In this document: piece by piece, positions 9,872 through 19,008 of the stretch
Layout of the letters: each line of letters begins with the position of its first letter
Numbering within the stretch: position 1 is the stretch's first letter
Source: Candidatus Helarchaeota archaeon
GTDB taxonomy: Archaea; Asgardarchaeota; Lokiarchaeia; Helarchaeales; RDOG01
Direction: 5' to 3'
Length of the DNA: 64,000 nucleotides
Assembly (NCBI GenBank): GCA_029838215.1
Contig: JALGVI010000006.1
Location: forward strand, 1-64,000
The notes under the pieces: model-generated
Databases searched by the model: none
Seen by the model: only the letters and a program-made list of their open reading frames with translations
What the model was told of the DNA's origin: nothing
Translations under genes and position numbers: made by a program

Positions 9872-10663
9872 TTAAAGCTGGCATTTTTTGCAATAACTAA
9901 TGATACGTCGATCTGCAGTAATTTCCGTTATTGGCTTCCCACATTTTGGGCAGGGTTGTCCCCCTTTTCTATGTACATTGAGAAAGTCCCGTATTTCTAC
10001 TTCTATCTCAGTACCAATCCTTTCACGTAATGTTTCAATGGCATTGATCAAGACTTCCTTTGATGAATGATAGAGATTCTTAATTTCATCAGCGCTTAGG
10101 TCCGTGCATTTTCGAAATGGATAAATTCCAGCAGAAAAGAGGATCTCATCAGAATAAGCATTGCCGATGCCGGTGACGAATTTTTGATTCATCAGAGTTT
10201 TCTTAATGGAACCGCGAAATTTTTTGATTCGCTTCATGAACTGTTCCTGAGAAATTTCCATGATATCGGGTCCGAAATCAGCCGTGCCCGGAATCTGCTT
10301 GAGATCAGGGACGAGATAAATCTTGCCCATTCGTTTTTGATCGAAGTACCAGAGTTGACTTTCATCTTCAAGCTCTAATGAAAAATGGACTTTTTTTGCA
10401 AGTGATTTTTTCTTGGAGTTATACTGTAATCTTCCTGCAAGCATGAAATTAATTGCCAATTTTAAATCAGCAACACTAAAAACAATGAATTTTCCGAACC
10501 GGCAAACTCCCGAGAACCGTTTATTTATCAATCCTTCGATGAATTGTTTTTTTCCGGTGCGAATGCAAATGGGAATGGGAACATCAACACTAATGATCTC
10601 TTTTTTAAGAACGTGTTCACGTAAAAAAGGGATAATTGCTTCGATGTCAGGTAGTTCTGGCAT
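9872..10663 (-). CDS. mutM: Fpg/Nei family DNA glycosylase (formamidopyrimidine-DNA glycosylase-like)
   Basis: N-terminal PELPD, R-x-GK, H2TH motif GIGNAYSDEILF, C-terminal zinc finger CPKC...CKKCQ. Confidence 0.9.
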   Translation of the reverse strand: MPELPDIEAIIPFLREHVLKKEIISVDVPIPICIRTGKKQFIEGLINKRFSGVCRFGKFIVFSVADLKLAINFMLAGRLQYNSKKKSLAKKVHFSLELEDESQLWYFDQKRMGKIYLVPDLKQIPGTADFGPDIMEISQEQFMKRIKKFRGSIKKTLMNQKFVTGIGNAYSDEILFSAGIYPFRKCTDLSADEIKNLYHSSKEVLINAIETLRERIGTEIEVEIRDFLNVHRKGGQPCPKCGKPITEITADRRIISYCKKCQL

Positions 10664-10707
10664 TGATAATTACCAAAAAAAAGGATTAAAAAAGAGGTCA
10701 ATGAGAA

Positions 10708-11271
10708 CTAGAGGATTTTGTGTGTTGCTGGCACGTCTTGTTTTTTGCCGAGGTTCTTCGAAGCACATTGATCACAACATTTTGCATCCCATGCAAGAAT
10801 TCGACCACAGTCATTACATACTTGCTTGATTATGACGGGACATTTTCCATCGTTCTCGACCAAGACACATTCATCACACGAAATGCAAACTTGCCTTGCA
10901 GTTCCCAACCCTTCAATGATACCCATTCCCCAAGTATTATTTGCAGGGATTACAGTTTCCTTGGTTAGAAGTGCCACGCTCTGAACTCCAAGTCCGCAAG
11001 TCATGGCAAGGATGGCATCTGCCTTTTCAATTTGATCCTTGACTCTTCTCAAGTCGCGTTTTGCAACTCGGCCATCACAGGGAGCTTCGACTACAATAGA
11101 ACCAGTAATGTTGAAATCGTCCTTTAATTTGTCAATCATCGCCTTGACTTCTTCAGTTCCGCCAGTACGACAGGTGGCACAACAATCGCCACAACCTAGA
11201 ATGAAGATGTTTTTATAAGATTTAAGCGTTTCTTTGACTGTATCAAGAGGCTTACTAATAGTTATGATCAT
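10708..11271 (-). CDS. Methylenetetrahydrofolate reductase C-terminal/MetV-like Cys-rich protein
   Basis: MIITISKP...GCGDCCATCRTGG...CD...MTCGLGVQ pattern of MetV-like proteins, plus an extra C-terminal CxxC...CxxC ribbon. Confidence 0.8.
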   Translation of the reverse strand: MIITISKPLDTVKETLKSYKNIFILGCGDCCATCRTGGTEEVKAMIDKLKDDFNITGSIVVEAPCDGRVAKRDLRRVKDQIEKADAILAMTCGLGVQSVALLTKETVIPANNTWGMGIIEGLGTARQVCISCDECVLVENDGKCPVIIKQVCNDCGRILAWDAKCCDQCASKNLGKKQDVPATHKIL

Positions 11272-11468
11272 AACAAACCCAACTCTAATGTTGCATTCAA
11301 ATTAGTTGATATTTCACAGTTTCTTTCCGTGTGGTCATCATGGAGTTACCACTCACACGCAATAATTTATCCTTAAAGATTTCAATATTTAAAGCTTTGG
11401 TAATTCAAGAGATGATTTTTACCAGTTAATTCTCGGATTTCTGTTAAAAAAAGTCTTATACGAATGGA

Positions 11469-12755
11469 TTATTCGAATTTATAGCGCAATATGGCAGCCA
11501 GTCCTTTAAAGGCAGCCCAGAGTTGAGCACCTTCTTCGGATTCTGTAGAAATGACCATTACTGTTGCACCAGATGCTTCAGCTAAATCACCGAGTTCCTC
11601 GATGAAATCGACGATCTTGCTTATCGTAAGTGAATCACTATTACATTTTGGACAATGCTTTTGAGCGATTTCTTTTCGATATGCATCAAGATCATCGAGA
11701 TGAACTGTTTTTTCTTCTTGATAGTCGCAATTATTACAGCTTACAGTGACTCGTTCAATGTCGAGTTTTTCCGAGATCAAGAGCGTGTCTACAGCACCTT
11801 GTTCTAATGCTCTCCGAATTTCCTTCTCACCGTATGTTACCATTCCCGTATCTCGAGATAAATGGCTCAGGAATTTTTGAAATATTTTCTTATCCTTTAA
11901 AAGTTGAACGTCTTTTAAAATATCTTCGGATTTGGAGATGAGATCCTTCACGCCTTGTTCGCTTGAATAAGCTGTATCAAGAACTTTCAAAACGATTTTT
12001 TGGAGTCTATAATCAAGATACTCGGATTTTACAAAGAATTCTTTCGTTGGGCCTGCTCCACCAACTATGATTCCTTTTACGATTGGTTTACCATCGGGAC
12101 CCAGAAACGCGTTATTAATGTGTTCACCAGATTTTACATAGAAATTACGTGCTGCTTCTTCAATCAGGCGCTCGAAACGGCGTTGCGATTGACCGCCCGC
12201 ACCGTGCTTGCTCGGAATATGGCTCGTGACTTTTTCTATAATCCTTTTGTGATTTCCCGAGACAGTAGCAATGACACAACCACTTCTGTCAATAACGATA
12301 AATCCGAAAACATCCTTTTCAATTAACATTTCTTCAAGTGGTTCCAAGTAGAACTCGGCAGCACAACGGTATTGGAAGGTCTGGATGGGTTTTGGGGGTT
12401 CGATTATGTACATTTCAAACTTCTCAGTTCCCGGACCGTTTTGGGGAATACCTCCCGCAAACATTGCCAGCCCATTTTCAGGAAATGATCGTCCGAACAT
12501 CTGCAGTCGTTTGATCAATTTGGTAATGGAATCCATTACGGTTTTTCGCGTGGATTTACTTTTAATATTTGATGCCTGTCCATATTCACTCTTCAAATAA
12601 TTAGTAATATCACTAACAGGTCGACTTGGAGGGCAATAAAGTGAAGTTAATTCCGTATGAAAGCCCTTCTTGCTCCGGAGAATTTTGAGCATCCGTTTTA
12701 ATTTGTATAACTCGAAAGAAGTTCGTTTTTCTTCAGATTCCACTAGAAGCTGCAC
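11469..12755 (-). CDS. prf1: Peptide chain release factor subunit 1 (aRF1/eRF1)
   Basis: NIKS, YxCxxxF (YRCAAEF), GGQS motif, archaeal zinc-ribbon insert CNNC...CPKC. Confidence 0.98.
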   Translation of the reverse strand: MQLLVESEEKRTSFELYKLKRMLKILRSKKGFHTELTSLYCPPSRPVSDITNYLKSEYGQASNIKSKSTRKTVMDSITKLIKRLQMFGRSFPENGLAMFAGGIPQNGPGTEKFEMYIIEPPKPIQTFQYRCAAEFYLEPLEEMLIEKDVFGFIVIDRSGCVIATVSGNHKRIIEKVTSHIPSKHGAGGQSQRRFERLIEEAARNFYVKSGEHINNAFLGPDGKPIVKGIIVGGAGPTKEFFVKSEYLDYRLQKIVLKVLDTAYSSEQGVKDLISKSEDILKDVQLLKDKKIFQKFLSHLSRDTGMVTYGEKEIRRALEQGAVDTLLISEKLDIERVTVSCNNCDYQEEKTVHLDDLDAYRKEIAQKHCPKCNSDSLTISKIVDFIEELGDLAEASGATVMVISTESEEGAQLWAAFKGLAAILRYKFE

Positions 12756-12851
12756 CCGGTTAATAATTTCATTCAGGAGTTATTATTCATGAATGACATC
12801 ATGAAAATTTGAAAACTTTAATAACTTTTGTAAATCTTATAATAAATTATC

Positions 12852-13253
12852 ATGACTTATGAGAAAATCAATAAAATTCTTTCTGAGATCTCAAAGGTGC
12901 TCCGAGGGAGCATGGACATCATTAAATTCTCAAAAATCGTATCGGAATTTAATACAGAATTGAATCAAATCCTTAAAAATTATCATGAGGCAGGAGAAGA
13001 TCAAGAAAAGATGAGACCTCAAGTAATGTACTACCAGAACGTTTTTCAAGATTTAATAATGGCAAGCTTAACCGATGAGAATCTTGAACAGTTTAAGGAG
13101 TGCTTACTCGACAAGATTGAAAACAGATATTGTCTAATAGAAGGAGATTTTACGTGCCAAGCACGTGAACAATCCAGACATATTTCAGATGTAAAACCCA
13201 TTTTAGAGGAAATTATAAAAAAGAAACTGGAAGAACAAGGAAAAGATAATTAA
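12852..13253 (+). CDS. Hypothetical protein (helical)
   Basis: 133-aa ATG ORF, divergent from prf1, with a 4-bp convergent overlap with the GTPase gene. Confidence 0.7.
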   Translation: MTYEKINKILSEISKVLRGSMDIIKFSKIVSEFNTELNQILKNYHEAGEDQEKMRPQVMYYQNVFQDLIMASLTDENLEQFKECLLDKIENRYCLIEGDFTCQAREQSRHISDVKPILEEIIKKKLEEQGKDN

Positions 13254-13768
13254 GTTATTAGGGAAAAAATCTCGTTAAAAAGCTCTTCGACACCCCAACC
13301 TTTTAAGGCTGAGATTTCCTTGTAATATTTTATGTCATATTGCTTGAGATACTTTTCAATTTGTTCTTCGGGTATGCGTCGCAATTTTGCCAAGTCCAAT
13401 TTATTGCCCACCAAGATGAATGGCACGTTTTTGTTATTGCATTTTTCGCGTAGTTCTTGAATCCATTTAGGAACAGAATGAAAGGTACCGATGCGCGTTA
13501 GGTCAAAAAGAATTAGAGCACCATCCGTTCCGCTGTAATATATTTCTCTTATTTCTTCAAAACGTTCTTGTCCTGCAAAGTCCCAGAAATTCACTTCTAG
13601 TGTTTCAGAGCCCTTAAAGTTTTTAATGAGTTTTACTAAGATTTCAACACCTAACGTGGCTTTATAATCAGCAGGCAATTTTCCAGTAGTGAAACCTCTC
13701 ACCAAAACGGTTTTTCCAACGGCATCGTTTCCCGTTACAACGATCTTTTTCTTCACGCCTTTCCTCAA
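13250..13768 (-). CDS. Rab/Ras-like small GTPase; probable start GTG at 13756
   Basis: G1 GNDAVGKT, G2 YKATLG, G3 WDFAGQERF, G4 NKLD, G5 SAL. There is no C-terminal prenylation Cys. Confidence 0.95.
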   Translation of the reverse strand: MRKGVKKKIVVTGNDAVGKTVLVRGFTTGKLPADYKATLGVEILVKLIKNFKGSETLEVNFWDFAGQERFEEIREIYYSGTDGALILFDLTRIGTFHSVPKWIQELREKCNNKNVPFILVGNKLDLAKLRRIPEEQIEKYLKQYDIKYYKEISALKGWGVEELFNEIFSLIT

Positions 13769-13923
13769 CTCACTTGGAGATGAATTTCTTGATTCGTATT
13801 TTTTAACATATTATGATTTCATGCTTTTTAAGTATTAAATTAAAATCAATTAATAATCATTTCTTCGATTATTAAAAAAGATTAGAACTTGGGTTCAAGG
13901 ATGATGCAGGAGATAAAAAATCG

Positions 13924-14364
13924 ATGAAAACAATTAAAACGGGAATTTATGAGAAGGGAATTATTTCAGTAGATGACCTGATCAAGACGATAAAGGCTCA
14001 CCCAGATGCTTGGAAAATAGGAGCCATAAATGTTTACATCGGTGTCGTTAGAGGTGAGACGAAAGGTCAGAAACCAGTGAAAAAGTTGATAATTGATTCA
14101 TATCGTGAGAGAGCTCACGATGCGCTAAATGAAATCTGCCAAGAGCTACGAGCAAGAAAAGGAATTATCGACGTCTTGATTTGTCATTTAATGGGAGAAT
14201 TTGTAGTTGGAGAAGATTTAGTTTATGTCGTTATAGGGGCAAGTCATCGAGAAGACCTATGGCCTGTTGCAATGGAGAGCATAAATAAATATAAAGAAAA
14301 GGCAGAGATTTGGAAGAAAGAGATCCTCCAAGATGGAACAGAATATTGGGTTTCCGGTCATTAA
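13924..14364 (+). CDS. moaE: Molybdopterin synthase catalytic subunit MoaE
   Basis: GAINVYIGVVR, HLMG-x-x-x-VGE, ASHR and K-x-x-AEIWKKE...W motifs. Confidence 0.92.
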   Translation: MKTIKTGIYEKGIISVDDLIKTIKAHPDAWKIGAINVYIGVVRGETKGQKPVKKLIIDSYRERAHDALNEICQELRARKGIIDVLICHLMGEFVVGEDLVYVVIGASHREDLWPVAMESINKYKEKAEIWKKEILQDGTEYWVSGH

Positions 14365-14598
14365 TGAAAAAACGCATTTTCAAATTAATCTCTATATTTT
14401 ATAGCAAGCTTTGCATTAAAGTCATGATTTTATCATGGTCTAAACTAGTTTTTTGTTTTGGAAATCACCTAATTTCAGCATGTAGCTTTATATTTCCATA
14501 AAATTTTTTAAACTTAACAAACCAAACCTAATAGAAAATCACTTTAATGATGAAATGCTTTCTAAAAATAATTAAAGAATTGATTAGAGGCACATGAC

Positions 14599-15807
14599 AT
14601 GTCAATTGAATGGGATAAAATTGAAGCCAAACCAGATAAAGACCACAAAGTTCGAGGTTATTACTTATTAAATCAGCGTCAGAAAATTAAGGAACAAGAA
14701 CAGAAAATTACGAAACTAGAAAATGATTACAATCAAATACGTAAGCAGTACATGGATTTGAAAGATTCTTCTGAAGCAGAATTAGAACAGACACGACAAA
14801 AAATACAGGAATTAATAGGAACGATTTCGGAGAAAGACAAAGAATTAAAGGAACAAGAATCCAAACTCGCTTCTGTCGTAAAACAAAATTCGTCTCTTGA
14901 TCAACAGGTCTCAGAATTAAACGACATGATTGAACAAAAGAACGAGGATATTAGCGGCTTGCAAAAACAAATCACGGATTTGGAAAAGCAGATTAAAGAA
15001 ATCAAGGCTCAAACAGAAGACCAAATAGCCAACTTGACGAAGGATCTCGAGAAAAAAGATCAAGAATTGGAGTCAGCTGATAATACCGTTACGAAACTCG
15101 AGAAACAGATCGAAGATTTAAAAGCGAGCAAAGAAAAAGAACTTGACGAACAAAAAGAAAAACATGAAGCCGAAATCAGAAAAATTAAGGAAGAAAATGA
15201 ATCGGACCTACAAAAAGTAAGGGCCGAATTGGATGGAATCAAGGAAAAAAACCGGAAGGAAATTGAGGAAATAACGGAAAAACATAATGCAGAAATATCA
15301 AAAATAAAATCAGAGTACGAGGAAAAGTTGGCACAACAACGAGAAGAATTAGTGAAGGAAAAAGAAGATGCCCTGAAATCATTGGAAGATGAACGTAAAC
15401 AAAAGATTTTGGAACTAAAAGAAAAGATTTCAGCTCTCACGCCAAAGGAAACGGTCGCAGTAGAAGGTGGTGCCAAAACTGTTGCTTCATTCGTAAAACG
15501 TGATACTTCTAACATTCCAGAGATCGTCCTTCAATATGAAAATAAGGAATTTGTTAGAGTCGATAAAGTGGGAGAAATAGGAATTTTTCTGACAATGCGT
15601 CCTGAAGAAAATAAATGGATTCTTTCGTGGGATCCTCACAGTGCGTTGGTGGATAGGCGCACGGCAGAACGGCAAGCACGCTCCATTGCTAAATCAGGAT
15701 ATTCAACAGGAGACGAAAGATACGGAATGGGCTATACTTTGGAAATCACGGGTGCAAAGAATCTGCCGGAAAAATTAACGCGCGAACAGCGTGATTACAT
15801 GAGTTAG
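14599..15807 (+). CDS. Long coiled-coil protein with a ~100-aa C-terminal globular domain (possibly gelsolin-like)
   Basis: Heptad-rich E/K/Q sequence over about 260 aa, followed by an alpha/beta-looking domain (IFLTMRPEENKWILSWDPHSALVDRRTAERQARSIAKSG). Confidence 0.75.
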   Translation: MSIEWDKIEAKPDKDHKVRGYYLLNQRQKIKEQEQKITKLENDYNQIRKQYMDLKDSSEAELEQTRQKIQELIGTISEKDKELKEQESKLASVVKQNSSLDQQVSELNDMIEQKNEDISGLQKQITDLEKQIKEIKAQTEDQIANLTKDLEKKDQELESADNTVTKLEKQIEDLKASKEKELDEQKEKHEAEIRKIKEENESDLQKVRAELDGIKEKNRKEIEEITEKHNAEISKIKSEYEEKLAQQREELVKEKEDALKSLEDERKQKILELKEKISALTPKETVAVEGGAKTVASFVKRDTSNIPEIVLQYENKEFVRVDKVGEIGIFLTMRPEENKWILSWDPHSALVDRRTAERQARSIAKSGYSTGDERYGMGYTLEITGAKNLPEKLTREQRDYMS

Positions 15808-15850
15808 AAAAGACTCAATTTCTAAATTTTTCACTTTTTTATGAATTGGT

Positions 15851-17002
15851 TCATGCAACTTCTTTTAATGTATAATCCATGCTTCCTAACTTTTTCTTAG
15901 CAGCCGCTTTTATTTGATACATCGGATCAGAATCGAATGTATTCTCAAAAATCTTCACGAGTTTATTTTCTTGACTGATGCAACACGAATCGGGATTCAT
16001 TGGAGCCTGTTCTATTAAATCAAGGCTTGCCTTGTCAATTGCAACGGGATCACGGGATGCTAAAATTCCAATATCGGGAATGATGGCGTGATCAGAACTG
16101 CTGATGCAATCACAAATGGGAGTGACGTCCATTATGATGTTGATATAGCGGATGTTTTCGGGTCCACAATACTTTACGATTGCTTCAAAACAGTCAATCA
16201 TCTTATAGGAGGAATCAATTGAATTGCTCCACTGCACGGAAATAGCTTTTGGCTTGCATGCTTCGCCACATCCCCAACATTTGACGCATTTGCTCCCATC
16301 AATCTCAATATCAGACGAGATAGCATTGGTCGGACAAACCTCAATGCAATCACCGCATTTCGTGCATTTCTCTTTATCAATCAATGGGAATTCACTGTCA
16401 ATATGAAATTCAAATTTCGAGGTTTTTCCCGTGAGTCCAACGCCAATGTTTTTAAGAGCTCCACCCATGCCCAAACGGGGATGACCTTTCACCCTGGCAA
16501 GTGAAATTATTTTATCCACGTCTTTTACAATGGAAGCAACGTGAACTTTTTTTAGGAAAAATCCATCTTCCAACGGGACTTCGATGGAGTTTAAACCTTT
16601 TAATCCATCAGCAGGAATTAGTGGAGCACCACATGTTTCGGAAGTATATCCATTATGCTTCGCAATTTCCAATCTACCAACTCCATAACTCCGGGGTCTT
16701 GTATTGCCGAGACCCGCTGACTCGGTCACGAAGGGAAATGCCTTCTTTTCACGAATTTTTCCCGCCAACTTTTGCACGAAGACCGATCGTATGGTTTTAT
16801 GCCCACCAAGGTCTCCCCAGTGCATCTTAATAGCCACGCTATCGTTTGGACGGATATCATCGAGAATTCCGCTTTCATCAATCAGTTTTTCAAACTTTTT
16901 CACGAGAGAAAAATCCATGTTAAAGTAAGAGGCTTCTCCTCGAGAAATTTTGTCCAAGGGGAGTTCCGAACGGGAACCCACGAAATAAACATCACTTGTC
17001 AC
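15851..17002 (-). CDS. DUF362 domain protein with 2x[4Fe-4S] ferredoxin domain
   Basis: VAIKMHWG, KGH...GGALKNIG, CTKCGDCIEVCP and CVKCWGCGEACK, plus CDC and SRDPVAIDKA. Confidence 0.9.
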   Translation of the reverse strand: MTSDVYFVGSRSELPLDKISRGEASYFNMDFSLVKKFEKLIDESGILDDIRPNDSVAIKMHWGDLGGHKTIRSVFVQKLAGKIREKKAFPFVTESAGLGNTRPRSYGVGRLEIAKHNGYTSETCGAPLIPADGLKGLNSIEVPLEDGFFLKKVHVASIVKDVDKIISLARVKGHPRLGMGGALKNIGVGLTGKTSKFEFHIDSEFPLIDKEKCTKCGDCIEVCPTNAISSDIEIDGSKCVKCWGCGEACKPKAISVQWSNSIDSSYKMIDCFEAIVKYCGPENIRYINIIMDVTPICDCISSSDHAIIPDIGILASRDPVAIDKASLDLIEQAPMNPDSCCISQENKLVKIFENTFDSDPMYQIKAAAKKKLGSMDYTLKEVA

Positions 17003-17142
17003 GATACCACTTCATCAAATATTGGAATTTCACAGGACTTTTCTTATAAATCTTAAAAATTAAGTATATTACGTTTCTTCAAATACAAATTTTTTTCGTG
17101 TCTTAAAGATTTTCTGCAAAAATTCCCATGAGCTGATTAAAA

Positions 17143-18594
17143 ATGGAACAAAACGACCCGCGGCAATCTGAGTTAGAACCTACCGCATGCAGTATTAAAA
17201 GAGGAGAAATGATAATTGTTTCAGGACAAGAGGGATTACCAGCTAAAGACATAGTCGGGCAAACCCGGAATGCATTAAACAATGTCAAGCAGATTTTAGA
17301 AAAAGAAGGAAGTTCCATCGCTCATATTGTTAAAATGGTCGTGTTCCTAAAAAATATAAATGATTTTGAGGAAATGAATATCGCTTATGCTAAATTTTTT
17401 CGCATGAATGGCATTACTCATCGGTTACCTGCCAGAACCACGGTGGAAATGCCGAGATTACCAAAGGAATCCAATCTAATTATAATTGATGCCACGGCAT
17501 TCATTGAAACCACCGAGAAGACTTGGAAGGATGACGTTTCGACTCCTGCATTAATTATTTATCTTGATAAATTGAAACGAAATATCGAAAAAATGGCAAG
17601 ATTTGCAAGAGATAACGGAGTGAATCTCCGTCCGCACGTGAAAACGCACAAATGTCCCGAGATTGCTCGAATGCAGTTGGAAGCAGGTGCTTCAGGTATT
17701 TGCGTGGCGAAGGTAGCTGAAGCCGAAGTCTTTGTCGAAGAAGGATTTAGGGATATCTTGATAGCTAACCAAATCATCGGAAGAGATAAGATTCAGCGGC
17801 TCGCAAACCTGAATAAGAAAGCCAAAGTTAGAGTCGCGGTGGACTCGCATGAAAACGTTCATAATTTAAATGAGATTGCAATTCAAAATGATGTAGTTTT
17901 GGAAGTTTTAATTGATATTGATGTCGGTCTTGGCAGAACAGGTGTCCGCGATCCCGATATCGCATTAGAACTGGCAGAAATGATTCGAATAGCACCAGGA
18001 TTAAAATTGGTCGGTCTCCAAGCATACGAGGGACACTTGACATATTTATCAAGCATGAATGAGAAGATAGAGCAAGTAAAAAACTGCATGAATAAAGTCA
18101 TCGAAATTCGAGACTTGTTAAACCAACACGATCATGACATCACTTATATAACAGCAGGGGGTTCTGGGACGTTCATGATCACTGGAAAGTATCCGGGAAT
18201 TACAGAGATTCAACCGGGAACTTATGTATTTTGGGATCATCACATGAACACGTGCTGTCCTGATTTGTTCGAGCAGTCCTTGACGATCTTGGCTACGATA
18301 AACAACCAAACAAATAGACGCAAATTCACGTTGGACATGGGCTCGAAATCGTGTTCCGTAGCAGACGGGAAACCAACATTTAAAAACCATCCGAAAGCAA
18401 GAATGGAAATAATGACTGAGGAGCACGGGCAATTTAAAAAAGGTAAGAACGATAAATTCAGGATTGGGCAGAAGGTGGAATTAATTCCTGCTCACGTGTG
18501 CCCCACAGTAAATTTATATGATGAAGCCTACATACTAAAAGATGATAAGATAATTAAAAAATGGAAGATCCTTGCAAGAGGAAAAAATTATTGA
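17143..18594 (+). CDS. Fusion: N-terminal RidA-like domain + fold-type III PLP enzyme (D-serine dehydratase/D-threonine aldolase, DSD1 family)
   Basis: Residues ~10-120 carry SGQ...QTRNAL..V..IL...IVKMVVFL...PARTTVE (Rid). Then come LRPHVKTHKC (PLP Lys), DVGLGRTG, YEGH, GGSGT, EIQPGTYVF, EEHG and HVCPTVNLYD. Confidence 0.9.
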   Translation: MEQNDPRQSELEPTACSIKRGEMIIVSGQEGLPAKDIVGQTRNALNNVKQILEKEGSSIAHIVKMVVFLKNINDFEEMNIAYAKFFRMNGITHRLPARTTVEMPRLPKESNLIIIDATAFIETTEKTWKDDVSTPALIIYLDKLKRNIEKMARFARDNGVNLRPHVKTHKCPEIARMQLEAGASGICVAKVAEAEVFVEEGFRDILIANQIIGRDKIQRLANLNKKAKVRVAVDSHENVHNLNEIAIQNDVVLEVLIDIDVGLGRTGVRDPDIALELAEMIRIAPGLKLVGLQAYEGHLTYLSSMNEKIEQVKNCMNKVIEIRDLLNQHDHDITYITAGGSGTFMITGKYPGITEIQPGTYVFWDHHMNTCCPDLFEQSLTILATINNQTNRRKFTLDMGSKSCSVADGKPTFKNHPKARMEIMTEEHGQFKKGKNDKFRIGQKVELIPAHVCPTVNLYDEAYILKDDKIIKKWKILARGKNY

Positions 18595-18603
18595 GGTCTA
18601 AAA

Positions 18604-18981
18604 ATGGTGAAAATAGAGAGTTTTGATGCAGGAGTTCCGACGGCAGGACCTTATAGTCCTTGCGTGCGGGCTGGGAACATCATTTATGTTTCAGGACAGG
18701 CGGGGCTACCAGCAGAGGACGTAAAAGGACAGACGAGAGGAGCCCTTGAGAACATAAAGAAGTTAGTGGAAGCCGCAGGTGGTAAAGTCGGAAATATTGT
18801 CAAAATAACCGTTTTCATGAAGGATATCAAAACATTCAATCGCATGAATTTAGCATATAAGAAGTTCTTCAATGAAAATGATGTAAAAATCTTTCCCGCT
18901 CGGACGACAATTGAAGTTTCGAACTTACCTGTTGGGGGCATGCTGGTAGAAATAGACGCCATAGCTCATATAGGGGATTAA
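18604..18981 (+). CDS. ridA: RidA family enamine/imine deaminase
   Basis: GPYSP, YVSGQ, IVKITVF, PARTTIEV and VEIDAIA. Confidence 0.93.
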   Translation: MVKIESFDAGVPTAGPYSPCVRAGNIIYVSGQAGLPAEDVKGQTRGALENIKKLVEAAGGKVGNIVKITVFMKDIKTFNRMNLAYKKFFNENDVKIFPARTTIEVSNLPVGGMLVEIDAIAHIGD

Positions 18982-19008
18982 ACAAAATAAAAAAAAGGTT
19001 TTTTTTAA

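Noticed and set aside
11328-11359. Imperfect hairpin (CGTGT/ACACG, GTGGT/ACCAC) with nearby ATGA and AAA, superficially SECIS-like, between prf1 and the MetV-like gene
   Set aside because: Neither flanking gene has an in-frame TGA, and the 3' GA of a SECIS core is not correctly placed. At most it is a generic UTR hairpin.
15060-15515. 151-aa antisense ORF rich in S/F
   Set aside because: It is the mirror of the E/K-rich coiled-coil codons on the opposite strand. The same applies to the antisense ORFs at 28038-29504.
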